From positions 362,125 to 426,124 of the forward strand of contig CAVZWO010000006.1 in NCBI GenBank assembly GCA_963779005.1: a stretch of 64,000 nt of DNA. The letters are read 5' to 3'. Below the pieces are notes generated by a model. That model saw only the letters and a list, made by a program, of their open reading frames with translations, ran no database searches and was not told the DNA's origin. The translations under genes were made by a program, and so were the position numbers. Shown one piece after another: positions 1 to 11,489 of this stretch. Origin of the DNA: an uncultured Acidobacteriota bacterium. Its GTDB lineage: Bacteria; Acidobacteriota; Terriglobia; Acidiferrales; UBA7541. Every line of letters begins with the position of its first letter. Within the stretch, counting starts at the first letter, position 1.

Positions 1-26
1 TTTTGCATTAGCCGCGGCCCGTTTCT

Positions 27-584
27 CTACTTACGGGCATCTTTTGCCAGCAGGTGTTCTCGCTCGGCTTTGTAGCTGGCCAGCGCGCGCTCTATGACGT
101 TCAACGCGGCATAGGCCGGCCGGATTTCCTCGACTTCCACTTTTTTGCCTTCGAGCAACTTGTAATCCTGAAAAAAACGCCGAAGCACCAGCAACCGGTG
201 CGGCGGAAGATCGCGCGCTTCGAGGTAGCTGCTGAATTCCGGATCGCCGGTGGCGACGGCAATGATTTTGTCGTCGCTGGCGCCGGAATCGATCATCGAC
301 ATAAGGCCGATGGCGCGCGCCTTGATCAGGGCAAGGGGCTGCACAGGCTCCTGGCAGAGAACCAGCACGTCTAGCGGATCGTTGTCCTCGGCATAGGTCT
401 GCGGGATGAAGCCATAATTCGCAGGATAGAACACAGCGGAGTGAATGATGCGATCAACCTTCAGCAGCCCGCTGGGCTTGTCCAGTTCGTACTTCACGTT
501 GGAACCGAGCGGGATTTCGATCACTGCTTGAAAATCGCGGGGAAGTTCGTCTCCCGGAGAGACATCATGCCAGGCGTGGAGCAT
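27..584 (-). CDS. ppa: Soluble inorganic pyrophosphatase (family I)
   Basis: EIPxGSxxKYE, DR...YPANYGFIPQT and D-x-DPLDVLV motifs; C-terminal FFxDYKxLEGK. Confidence 0.95.
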   Translation of the reverse strand: MLHAWHDVSPGDELPRDFQAVIEIPLGSNVKYELDKPSGLLKVDRIIHSAVFYPANYGFIPQTYAEDNDPLDVLVLCQEPVQPLALIKARAIGLMSMIDSGASDDKIIAVATGDPEFSSYLEARDLPPHRLLVLRRFFQDYKLLEGKKVEVEEIRPAYAALNVIERALASYKAEREHLLAKDARK

Positions 585-718
585 CTGCGCACATCCTTCA
601 CTAGGGGTCTCAAAGATGGCTACGATCTATTATCGCCGGAAAGTGCCCTCGGGCCAAAAGAGTAAAGGCGCGCGCTCGCTGGGGCATGCCGGAGTTGCAG
701 CACAAGCGCGGTGCGGCG

Positions 719-1294
719 CTAGGCTCGTGCCTTCTCAATCATTTCGTCCCAGATGCCTTTGGATTTCAGGATGAGTTCGACGGCTTCGCGGATGGCGCCC
801 CGTCCGCCGACGGCCTTGGTGACATAATGCGCCGCCAGTTTCACTTCGAGGGTAGCATCGCCGACCGCGATGCCGAGGCCGACGCGGCGGAGGATTGGCA
901 AATCAGGAAGGTCGTCGCCGACATACGCGACGGCGGATTCGGGCACGCCGGTTTTTTTGAGGATGTCTTCGAGCGCGGGAATTTTCGTCGGCTGCTTCTG
1001 GTAGATGAACTCCATTTTCATTTCGTTGGCGCGGCGCACGAGCGCTGGACTTTCGCGGCCAGTGATAACGCCGGTGCGAATGCCAGCTGTGTGCGCGAGC
1101 GTGAGTCCTTGGCCGTCGTGCGCGTCGAACGATTTGATTTCGAGGGCGGTGCCGTCTGGTTGCGAAAGCAGGATGACGGAGCCATCGGTCATGGTGCCGT
1201 CCACGTCCATAAGCAGGACCTGAATTTGTTTGGCGCGCTTTTTGAGGCTTGCGGGGATTTTGGTCATGCCTTTTGCCACGGTTTGCTCCTGCAA
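719..1294 (-). CDS. kdsC: Kdo-8-phosphate phosphatase (HAD family)
   Basis: DVDGTMTDG HAD motif I, F-DAHDG-G, GVITGR, YVGDDLPD; follows kdsA-kdsD. Confidence 0.93.
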   Translation of the reverse strand: MQEQTVAKGMTKIPASLKKRAKQIQVLLMDVDGTMTDGSVILLSQPDGTALEIKSFDAHDGQGLTLAHTAGIRTGVITGRESPALVRRANEMKMEFIYQKQPTKIPALEDILKKTGVPESAVAYVGDDLPDLPILRRVGLGIAVGDATLEVKLAAHYVTKAVGGRGAIREAVELILKSKGIWDEMIEKARA

Positions 1295-1310
1295 AAAGTT
1301 GGAGAAAATC

Positions 1311-1334
1311 GCGGACCTAAAGGTCCGCCACTAC
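1311..1334 (-). repeat. GTAG-type REP-like palindrome
   Basis: Minus strand GTAGTG-GCGGACCT-TT-AGGTCCGC (8-bp perfect stem) in the kdsD-kdsC gap. Confidence 0.6.
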
Positions 1335-1363
1335 AGCGAAAGAAGCCACTCCGAGAAACATTT

Positions 1364-2323
1364 CTAAATCAGCTCCAGAGTCCAGAGGTCGTGGAGGTGA
1401 ACGACGCCCAAGACTTTTTTTGATTCGTCGACGACGACGACGCTCGTGATTTTTCGTTTTTCCATTTGATTGAGGGCTTCGCTGGCCAGGACGTGCGGCC
1501 CAATCGTTTGGGGGTTGCGCGTCATGGCGGCGCCTGCGGACATCTCCAGCGTGACGCCGCGGTGCTTTTCCATCAGGCGGCGTAGGTCGCCATCCGTAAG
1601 GATGCCGGCGAGGCGGCCATCGGGTTCGAGGACTGTCGTCATGCCGAGGCCCTTGCGGCTCATTTCGTGTATGACTTCGGGCATGGGAGTGTCCAACGCG
1701 ACGCGCGGGAGAGCGTCGCCGGAGTGCATGGTGTGCTCGACGCGCAGCAGTTTTGTTCCCAGACGGCCGGCGGGATGGAGATCGGCGAAATCCTGGGGCT
1801 GGAATCCGCGGCGTTCGAGCAACGAAACGGCCAGCGCATCGCCGACGGCCATCGCTACGGTGGTGCTCGCGGTGGGGGCGAGATTTAGCGAGCAGGCTTC
1901 TTCGCGCACGCTGACGTCGAGAGCTACGTCGCTGGCTTTCGCGAGAGTGGAGGAGACTTTTCCGGTTAACGTGACGAGCGGGGCTTCCAGCCGTTTCAGT
2001 GCTTCGAGAAGCTGGATGATCTCGTCGGTTTCGCCGCCATAGGAGACGGCGAGGACGGAATCGCCGCGAGCCAGCATGCCTAGATCGCCGTGTAAGGCGT
2101 CGGCGGGATGGAGGAAAAAGGACGGGGTGCCGGTACTGGAAAAGGTGGCGGAGATTTTGCGGCCGACGAGGCCGGATTTGCCCATGCCGGTAACGACGAC
2201 GCGGCCTTTGCAGTCGAAGAGGATGTCGACGGCTTTCTCGAAGCTGGCGTCGAGGCGGGCGAAGACGTCCTGGATGGCTTGGGCTTCGATTTTGAGGACG
2301 CGGCGGGCGGTGCTAAGGCTCAA
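1364..2323 (-). CDS. kdsD: Arabinose-5-phosphate isomerase KdsD/KpsF/GutQ (SIS + 2 CBS)
   Basis: GRVVVTGMGKSG, STGTPSFFLHPADALHGDLG, APTASTT, HPAGRLG, CBS pair; TTG start. Confidence 0.95.
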   Translation of the reverse strand: MSLSTARRVLKIEAQAIQDVFARLDASFEKAVDILFDCKGRVVVTGMGKSGLVGRKISATFSSTGTPSFFLHPADALHGDLGMLARGDSVLAVSYGGETDEIIQLLEALKRLEAPLVTLTGKVSSTLAKASDVALDVSVREEACSLNLAPTASTTVAMAVGDALAVSLLERRGFQPQDFADLHPAGRLGTKLLRVEHTMHSGDALPRVALDTPMPEVIHEMSRKGLGMTTVLEPDGRLAGILTDGDLRRLMEKHRGVTLEMSAGAAMTRNPQTIGPHVLASEALNQMEKRKITSVVVVDESKKVLGVVHLHDLWTLELI

Positions 2324-2630
2324 CGAGCACCCCCCACGTTTCTTGTAAGCGTTGCGTATAAAGGACTTAAGCTCGCTGTAGGGGTGGGCGCAATGGAGAA
2401 GAGGGGCGCAGCAAGCTGCGCCCCTACAAGGGAGGTCGAGGAGCGGCGGGCGGTATCAAGGCTCATGGGCACGTGCCTAGGGAGGGGCGGGCGGTGCTAG
2501 GGCTCAACACACACCCCCCACGTTTTTCGTAAGCGTTGCGTATAAAGGACTTAAGCTCGCTGTGGGGGTGGGCGCAATGGAGAAGACGGGTGCAGCAAGC
2601 TGCGCCCCTACAAAGGAGGTCGAGGAGCGG
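2302..2630. repeat. Two ~145-bp direct repeats (2302-2446 and 2486-2630), each with a REP-like palindrome and a copy of the first codons of kdsD
   Basis: Shared block ggcgggcggtgcta..ggctcaa..ccccccacgttt..gtaagcgttgcgtataaaggacttaagctcgctgt..ggggtgggcgcaatggagaaga..gcagcaagctgcgcccctacaa..ggaggtcgaggagcgg. Confidence 0.9.
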
Positions 2631-2631
2631 G

Positions 2632-3471
2632 TCATTGGACGCTCCAGCGGCGGACGACGGTGGAGAGTTCTTTGAGGCGTTTGAGGAGGGCGGGGAGTTG
2701 GGAAAGAGGGAGGGCGTTGGGGCCGTCGGAGAGGGCTTCGGCGGGGTTGTCGTGGGTTTCGAGGAAGATACCGTCGACGCCTGCGGCTACACCAGCGCGG
2801 GCGAGAGGCTCGATGAACTCTGGTTGGCCGCCACTGGCGTGGCCTTGGCCGCCGGGAAGCTGGACAGAATGGGTAACGTCGAAGACGACAGGATACCCTA
2901 GCTTTTGCAGGATAGGGAACGAGCGCATGTCGACGACGAGATTTTGGTAGCCGAAAGAGGAGCCGCGTTCGGTGAGGATGACGTCTTTGTTGCCGGTGCT
3001 GGCGATTTTTTCGACGACGTTGGCCATGTCCCAGGGCGAGACGAATTGGGGTTTTTTGACGTTGATGATGCGGCCGGTTTTGGCGGCGGCGAGGAGGAGA
3101 TCGGTTTGGCGCGCGAGGAAGGCGGGGATCTGGAGGATGTCGCAGACTTCGGCCGCGGGTTGCGCTTGGGAGGATTCGTGGATGTCGGTGAGGATGGGGA
3201 GAATCAGGTCGGATTTTATCTTGGCTAGGATGCGCAGACCCTCCTGCAGGCCGGGGCCGCGGAAGGCTTTAACGGAGGAGCGGTTGGCTTTGTCGTAGGA
3301 AGCTTTGAATATGTAGGGGACTCCGGCGTCGGCGGCAATTTTCGATACTTTTTCCGCCATTTTTCGCGCGTGCGCTTCGCTTTCGATGACACAGGGGCCA
3401 GCGATGAGAAAGAGTGGGTTGCCGATGCCCAAGCGCAGCGTGCCGAGAGAAATGTCATGAGCAGGGATCAT
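2632..3471 (-). CDS. kdsA: Kdo-8-phosphate synthase
   Basis: IAGPCVIES, FKASYDKANRSS, LQIPAFLARQTDL, ERGSSFGY, FDVTHSVQLPG; start trimmed to ATG 3471 (ORF track runs to 3597). Confidence 0.96.
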   Translation of the reverse strand: MIPAHDISLGTLRLGIGNPLFLIAGPCVIESEAHARKMAEKVSKIAADAGVPYIFKASYDKANRSSVKAFRGPGLQEGLRILAKIKSDLILPILTDIHESSQAQPAAEVCDILQIPAFLARQTDLLLAAAKTGRIINVKKPQFVSPWDMANVVEKIASTGNKDVILTERGSSFGYQNLVVDMRSFPILQKLGYPVVFDVTHSVQLPGGQGHASGGQPEFIEPLARAGVAAGVDGIFLETHDNPAEALSDGPNALPLSQLPALLKRLKELSTVVRRWSVQ

Positions 3472-3654
3472 CGAAGCTACCGAAGATAGCATACACGCGG
3501 GTTTGATTTGGAGAATTGCTCGTCCGTTGAATTGTTTCAGTTTCCGGTCGGACGATTCATCAGGAGTTAGCTCGCAGGGACTTCCGAGGAGGGGCATCTG
3601 ACCAGCGGTCTGGAACTTTGGAGCACGATCTCAGCGAAAGTACCGGCGCGCAAC

Positions 3655-4491
3655 CTAATGAAAATGAAAGACAACACCGGCGGAATAGCCGACAGAGTCG
3701 ACCCTCTGCGGGGGCAAAGCGCTCGACCCCACGAAAGCTTTGCTGTAATCGAGGGACACGCGGAAACTCACCCTGCGTAAAATGCGGATCTGGAGCCCTC
3801 CGCCGTAGGTCATCGCGAATCCTGTATCGTCGTCGCCCTTCGAGAGGCTGAGGGCTGGGCCTGCGGTACTGAATGTGGCTGTGGTGTGAGCCACGCCGAA
3901 CAGCGCGTGAGCAAATGGAGTGAAGCGGGTATGGTTGCGCCATTTGAACTCCGGCCCGGCGAGGAAGTTGAACAATCTTGGGTTGAGGTCCGCGTTTTGT
4001 GTCACGGGAGAGCACGGCGGCTGGGAGCAGGGCGGAGTGAGCTTGACCGGGCCCTGGTCATCGCTAAAATGCGCGGAGAAGTCGCCCATAATGCCGAAGT
4101 AGCGGTTCAGATTGCGAACGACCGCAGCTTCAAAGCCTTTGCCGCCTTCGTCGAAGTCGGTATCAGAGGCGTTGAAAGATGGGCCAAAATGAAAGTTATG
4201 GTCGTTGGTTTCAATGGATGAGTATCCGCCAAATACCTCAATTTTCGGGAATTGGACGTTGCCCGGGGTTTGCGCCTTCGACAAAGGGGCGCAAACAAAT
4301 ATGAGCAATAGGCACGCAGCCAGTGGGAGCCTTTTGGTGCTCTCGCTCAAGATAGCCGCCTTTCGCACGACGTCATGGGGATATCCTCTAGACAACTCTG
4401 GCTTCGGGAATTGGTTCTGGCTTACGTGTTGCGCTGTCAACAGCGCGGTAGATAGAAGCGCCAGCGGTGCGGAGTGGCCAAATCGTTGCAT
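3655..4491 (-). CDS. Outer-membrane beta-barrel protein (OmpA-like transmembrane, acidobacterial type)
   Basis: Signal peptide; amphipathic strands EVFGGYS, FLAGPEF, PFAHALFG, YGGGLQI; aromatic C-terminus VVFHFH. Start uncertain (ATG 4491 with AAGGAG, or GTG 4368). Confidence 0.75.
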   Translation of the reverse strand: MQRFGHSAPLALLSTALLTAQHVSQNQFPKPELSRGYPHDVVRKAAILSESTKRLPLAACLLLIFVCAPLSKAQTPGNVQFPKIEVFGGYSSIETNDHNFHFGPSFNASDTDFDEGGKGFEAAVVRNLNRYFGIMGDFSAHFSDDQGPVKLTPPCSQPPCSPVTQNADLNPRLFNFLAGPEFKWRNHTRFTPFAHALFGVAHTTATFSTAGPALSLSKGDDDTGFAMTYGGGLQIRILRRVSFRVSLDYSKAFVGSSALPPQRVDSVGYSAGVVFHFH

Positions 4492-4607
4492 TCCGAGTTC
4501 TCCTTGCACCACAATAAGTAACCGACCGTCTGCCGCGAATATAGGCGGCGGACAGGTGCATGTCTTGACGGAAGGCTTCTCTTTTCTGGCGATTTCCTGA
4601 CGGTTTT

Positions 4608-6557
4608 ATGACGACTGAGACATCCAAGGTCTTTTCCTTTGACGACGTGAAGGTTGAGCCTCGCACGGGCGAGGTGCACAAGGCCGGCGCCGCGGTTGCA
4701 CTTGAACCCAAGGCGTTCAAGCTCCTGGTTTTCCTCATCGAAAACAGGGACCGGCTCGTCGAAAAGGAAGAGATCCTCGACGTGCTTTGGAAAGACATCA
4801 ACGTCACCGAGAACGCTCTGGCAAGTGCCATCGCCAAGTTGCGCCGGACGCTGGGCGATGACTCCAAAACCGCAAAGTACATTCAGACCGTGCATACGCG
4901 CGGCTATCGGTTCGTCGCAAACATAGAGGTAAAGAACGGATCTGCTGGAGACTGCCAGAGAGAAACGGACTGCGTCGAGGGTGGAGGGCAGGAAGGCGCA
5001 CCCACATTATCTTCAACCACGGGGGTTGCCACGCTCGTCTCTACGCAAAGCGTGGCGCAAGGCTCGCCAGCCGCGGGAAGATCGTTGTCTTCCAGGAGGG
5101 CGGTCCTTGCGGGGGTCGTCTGCGTTTTGTTGCTGGGAGGAGCCTTTTATTGGAAGCCTTTTGCGGGGCGCAAGCCGCCAGCGTCTGCCGGACGAGTGAC
5201 TTCCATCGCCGTCTTGCCGTTTCAATCGGCTGGTTCCAGCGGAGATGACCAAATTCTCGGTCTTGAAATCGCAGACGCGCTGACTTCAAAACTGAGCAGC
5301 AGCACACATCTTTCCGTTCGTCCGACGTCGACGGTCCTGCATTACTCCGATTTGCACAATGACCCCGCGGCTGCGGGCCGGGCGCTGAACGTGGACTACA
5401 TTTTGGAAGGAAATATCCAGAGCTCTGCAGGTCTAGTCACGGTCCAGTTGATCCGGGTGCGCGACGCGGCTTCCTTGCAGACTGTTTCCTTCAACGAGAA
5501 GTTCACCAACATTTTCCAGGTGGAAGATTCTCTCTCCGTTCAAGTTTTGCGCGCTTTGACGGTGACTCTGGATCACGAAGAACAGCAGAGATTCCGCAGG
5601 CGCTTTACGCAGAATGCCGCCGCCTACGAAGCCTTCTTGAATGCCCATTACTTCATGAATCTGGGGACCGAGGATGGCACCAATAAGGGTATCGTTTCTT
5701 TTCAGAGAGCCATCGCCATCGATCCCAACTACGCGATGGCGTACGCAGGCCTGGGCGATTGTTACCTGCGGCTCTTCCGCTTCGGAACGGCCCCGGCCGA
5801 GTTCGTTCCGAAGAGCAGGGCGGCGGAAACAAAAGCGATCGAGTTGGACAACACCGTTGCCTACGCGCATTCCCTTCGCGGCTACATCGCCTTTCAATAT
5901 GATTGGGACTTTCCCAGAGCCGGACGCGAATACAAAATCGCACGAGAATTCGATCCTGCTCTCGTACATCAATGGTATGGGTTCTATTTGTTAGCATTGA
6001 ATCACGTCGCGGAAGCCGACATCGAATTCAAGAAGTTTAATGATTTTCTTCCCTCGCTAGTTTCCTCCAGCGCCTTTTACGGTCAGTACTTTTATTTCCG
6101 TCGCCAGAATGACCTGGCACTGGACCAACTTAGCAAGACTCTGGCCATGCAGCCTGACTACCCGCCCGCGCATGAGTTTCTTGGCATGGTTTACGAGCAA
6201 GAGGGGCGAACGAACGAGGCCATGACTGAGATACAAAAAGCTATCGATTTGTCCGGCGGGGAATATGGCCTCGGCTCGCTCGGCCACGTCTATGCCAGTG
6301 TGGGGCGGCGTAACGACGCACGAAACATGCTGCAATCGATGGCCGAGCAATCCTCGAGGACTTACATTTCCCCCTACCAGTTGGCGATTGTCCATGCCGG
6401 CTTAGGCGAGAACGAAAAAGCCATCGACGAACTCGAAAAAGCGTTCGCCGAACGCTCTCTTTCGGCTCCCGTCCTCCGCTTCGATCCGCGCTTGGACAAT
6501 CTGCGCGCGGAGCCACGCTTCCAGGATTTTGCCCGCCGCATCGGGCTTTCTTTCTGA
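4608..6557 (+). CDS. CadC-like one-component regulator: OmpR-type wHTH + TM + TolB-like domain + TPR repeats
   Basis: LEPKAFKLL..L.EN..RLVEKEEIL..LW, LRRTLGD...YIQTVHTRGYRF; one TM; SIAVLPF; TPR motifs AIAIDPNYAMAYAGLGDCY. Confidence 0.88.
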   Translation: MTTETSKVFSFDDVKVEPRTGEVHKAGAAVALEPKAFKLLVFLIENRDRLVEKEEILDVLWKDINVTENALASAIAKLRRTLGDDSKTAKYIQTVHTRGYRFVANIEVKNGSAGDCQRETDCVEGGGQEGAPTLSSTTGVATLVSTQSVAQGSPAAGRSLSSRRAVLAGVVCVLLLGGAFYWKPFAGRKPPASAGRVTSIAVLPFQSAGSSGDDQILGLEIADALTSKLSSSTHLSVRPTSTVLHYSDLHNDPAAAGRALNVDYILEGNIQSSAGLVTVQLIRVRDAASLQTVSFNEKFTNIFQVEDSLSVQVLRALTVTLDHEEQQRFRRRFTQNAAAYEAFLNAHYFMNLGTEDGTNKGIVSFQRAIAIDPNYAMAYAGLGDCYLRLFRFGTAPAEFVPKSRAAETKAIELDNTVAYAHSLRGYIAFQYDWDFPRAGREYKIAREFDPALVHQWYGFYLLALNHVAEADIEFKKFNDFLPSLVSSSAFYGQYFYFRRQNDLALDQLSKTLAMQPDYPPAHEFLGMVYEQEGRTNEAMTEIQKAIDLSGGEYGLGSLGHVYASVGRRNDARNMLQSMAEQSSRTYISPYQLAIVHAGLGENEKAIDELEKAFAERSLSAPVLRFDPRLDNLRAEPRFQDFARRIGLSF

Positions 6558-7233
6558 AGCTGGCTTTGCACGCTCCCACCAACAGGATATGTTCGAGCCG
6601 GGAATCAGCCTTCCCGCGGTGGTGTGGGGCAGCGCGAGGAGCACGCGCCGGCGGATCCCGCTAGAGCAAGCCGAGGTGGTCGGCATACGTGGAGTGCAGC
6701 GAGCTCACCAGAACGTCGAAGTCTGGCAGCTCGCGTAGATTCTTGAGGTGAGGGGGTTCTTCAGAAAATACCGCCAGCAGGCGAAGCCACTAGAGACACT
6801 TCTTTCGAACCACTCAAACGCAGTTTGAGGCCGCTCCAACATCGCAAGTATACAAGCAATTCGATAGTAGCTCTGGTGCGCATGATGTGTAATTCACTGA
6901 GTAAGAATGGAACATGGATGATCGTCGAATTGTTTGCCCACTACGAACTAAAAGAGAATCTGAACCGGCCGGCGCGGGTGCTACTCTTTTTCGAATCTGC
7001 TATGCATGCCTTGTTCGCGTTCGCAGGAAGTGACGATGCGCCTGGGTGCACAGTCGGGCGAAAAACGGATTCGCGAAGTGGTCACCGCAGCGGGTTTCAG
7101 CCGTTTCCGGAGAGCGGCGGAGACACCGTTTGACGTTGTTTACGGAGCGCGTCCGTGAGCCTCTTGGGTTCCACGTGCCTGGTAAACCTTGCGCGCTCGA
7201 TGGCGGTTTCTTGGTGAGGCGAGGTTTGGATTG

Positions 7234-8630
7234 CTACTCACCCGAGGAGATATGCAGCCCGACAGATCGGCCCGTCAGGTACATGCGAATGACGGATCTA
7301 TTTCTGGAATCGCGGGCGGACCAGACGGTTATTGGAGCGCCCGAAAGATCGTCGACCTCGCTTTTCTGTTGGGCGGACCAACTGGTAGGGATCAACATCC
7401 GCAGGAGCCCGGCGAGATCATGAAATTCGTTTTCGGCGGCCGACTCTGAATCTTGCGGCCAATAGCAGACGTACTGCTTTTTTGGCCTGGCAGGTGGGCG
7501 CGGCGCGAGGGATTTCGTATTCTTTGTGGATACCGGAGCGAAAGTGGCGCCCGGGAAGAATGCGTTGCTTGCTGAGGATCTTGTGCGCGCGGGAGACTCC
7601 GCATGAATCGAGCAGCTCTCCGCGCCGGAAAGTATAACGGGAGCCTCGAAGGACGCGGTTTTGGAGGGCAGAGAACTTCCGTTGCTCGTCGCCAATTGGC
7701 GGAACGAGCTCGCGCGGTTTTCCAAAATTTTCTTCAGGCCCTGGCATAAATCGTCGCAGCCGCCGTATCGCCCGGATGAGCGAACTGAGGAGTGATCCAC
7801 AGCGGGCTCAGCGTGCGAATTCTCTGTTGCGGTCGCCGGAGGAGTGGCAAGGGCAGGAGGTGCGGCGGACACTGCGGCGGGATTGGCGGGCGCGGAAGTT
7901 GCCAGGGCAGAAGTTGCGGCCGCTGATGTTGCTGGCGCTGGCTGGGATGCCGGCGACGGAATCGATGCGGAACGTGGTTGCGGCGCTGGAGGCTTCGCGG
8001 ACACCGACAGCTCTAAGGATTTCGAAGGCGGCGCCGGATTCCGCGCAAGATTCACTGACGAGTTTAGCCAGAAAGAAATTCTAGCTGTGCCATCGGGATG
8101 TCGAACCGTTTGGAGATGCAAGGGACACTGGCCGAGGTAAGGTCCCTCCGCGATGTAAAGCTCCTCGACGTGGTAGGGGCCGTAGCTGGTTGTTTCCAGG
8201 TGAGGTGGGTCGCAGCCCTGCGGGCCTGCGTCCACATAATGATCGGCGCCGGGCGACTCTTTGAATTGCCACAAATACTGAAGCTCATGGAGGTCGGCCA
8301 TGGTTTTGGCGTACCACTCCTCGGCTTCCTGAGCTGGAAGTTCAGCGGAGCACATGTAAACGGGTACTTCGCTTGCCAGCCAGAAATCCGTGTGGCAGGG
8401 TACGTGGATTTCGCCGACCGAAAGGTCTGGGTTCGGTAGTGTGAGTTTGCGATCGCCAGGCTTGAGAGGAGTGACGCCGCGAAACTCGCGAAAATCGGTT
8501 TCCGCAGCATACAGAATATATTGGAGACTCCAACAGGCCCGGTCCTGCTGGTTTCTACACTGCGCGGATGCCGGGACAGCGAAAAGACTCGCGCAAAAAA
8601 AAGAAAGAAGCCACAACACTTTTCCGTTCA
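7234..8630 (-). CDS. Secreted hypothetical protein: two similar Cys-containing domains joined by a Pro/Ala/Thr linker
   Basis: Signal MNGKVLWLLSFFCASLFAVPASA-Q; low-complexity linker; start trimmed to ATG 8630. Confidence 0.65.
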
Positions 8631-8912
8631 TGATGTGCCTGCCCCCGAACTGAGACACACTTGTGCTGTAGGCAAGGACAGAGCAGGGAGTGCCCAAGCG
8701 GCAGCAAGCGCGTACTTCACCGACTTCAGCTACGTACGAACTAACCTGCTGTTGGTAAACAAACAGATGGCTTGGCGGGTGCGAGGGTTGCCCGTGTCAT
8801 CGAATCGGATTCCCCCACGTACGCGTTCCCATCCGCGTTGATTTATCCAACCCAGTCTGCAACAACCCAGGGTGGCGAAAATTGTTGCGCGGTTTTTTCA
8901 TGAAGCGAAGAA

Positions 8913-8935
8913 GGCACGATGAATCGCGCCCCTAC
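8913..8935 (-). repeat. GTAG-type REP-like palindrome downstream of pyrG
   Basis: Minus strand GTAGG-GGCGCGAT-TC-ATCGTGCC, just past the pyrG stop. Confidence 0.65.
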
Positions 8936-8946
8936 CAGGATAAAAA

Positions 8947-10656
<1,710 letters not shown>

Positions 10657-11039
10657 TTATCAGCCCTCCACAGGAGTGACGTACGCATAATTATCATCGG
10701 AATGCGAGCGGGTGTCAAATCGAAGAATTTATACGAGGAATTCATGAAATTGGTTGAGAAGGAAAGAAATCTGGAGCGTAGAGGGGAATTTGTTGCCGCG
10801 GAATCAGCAAGTCCGCGAAACTTTTGCGGGCGGGGCGGGTTTGACTTCGCGGGGGTAGTGCGCGCGACATCGCGGGAAAAGCGGGTGTTGTCGAATTGAA
10901 CAAAATGCGCAGGCGCGGAAACCGTTTGCAGTGTTGTAGCCATCCAAGCAGTGGTACATCTGCGTAGAGCCGCAAGTGACAAGCGGCGACGCTATCCTGA
11001 GGGGCTATTGGGGAGTCGCTCGAACGTGGGGAAGGGGTA

Positions 11040-11489
11040 ATGAAACTGAAAATACGAATGGACTTAGGTTGTGCGGTAGCCGCAGGTTTTCTTCTTATTT
11101 CGTCCTTTGCAGGCGCGCAGCAGCTGAACTGGACGGTTCCACAAAAAAACAGCACGTATGACTTGACCCGGGAGACCGTATTGCGGGGCAAGGTGATTTC
11201 CTACGCACCGGAATCGAATGTGCCACCCATCGGAGCGCACGTAAGCGTTCAGACTCTCTTTGGCTTGGTGGACGTGCATGTCGGCAGCGCGCAGCTTCTT
11301 CAGCAGAACCGGTTCACGCTGGCCCCTGGAGATTCCATCCGGATCACGGGAGAGATGGTGTCCTACGGGCAAGGCAGCATGTTCGCAGCACGTATTATTG
11401 AAAACGGGACGCGTTCCGTTACGGTGCGGAATACCAAAGGCCAAGTGCTCCAAATGCCCGCCGTGCACATGCCGAGAGGTGCGCGATGA
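11040..11489 (+). CDS. Secreted OB-fold-like protein (MamS/MamX-type soluble domain)
   Basis: Signal peptide; V-HVG...L-PGDSIRITGE...FAARII pattern resembles the HLGP..L..GD.V.V.G OB-fold family (from memory). Confidence 0.55.
   Translation: MKLKIRMDLGCAVAAGFLLISSFAGAQQLNWTVPQKNSTYDLTRETVLRGKVISYAPESNVPPIGAHVSVQTLFGLVDVHVGSAQLLQQNRFTLAPGDSIRITGEMVSYGQGSMFAARIIENGTRSVTVRNTKGQVLQMPAVHMPRGAR

Noticed and set aside
2302-2630. Direct repeats as a CRISPR array
   Set aside because: Only two ~145-bp units, no unique spacers of regular length, no cas genes in the window.
6558-7233. Short ORFs (6529-6738, 6825-7133, 7046-7423) as genes or a pseudogene
   Set aside because: No RBS, motif or family resemblance I can support; left unannotated.
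11040-11489. MamS/MamX-like domain as evidence of magnetotaxis
   Set aside because: No other mam genes and no magnetochrome CxxCH motifs; the domain is widespread.
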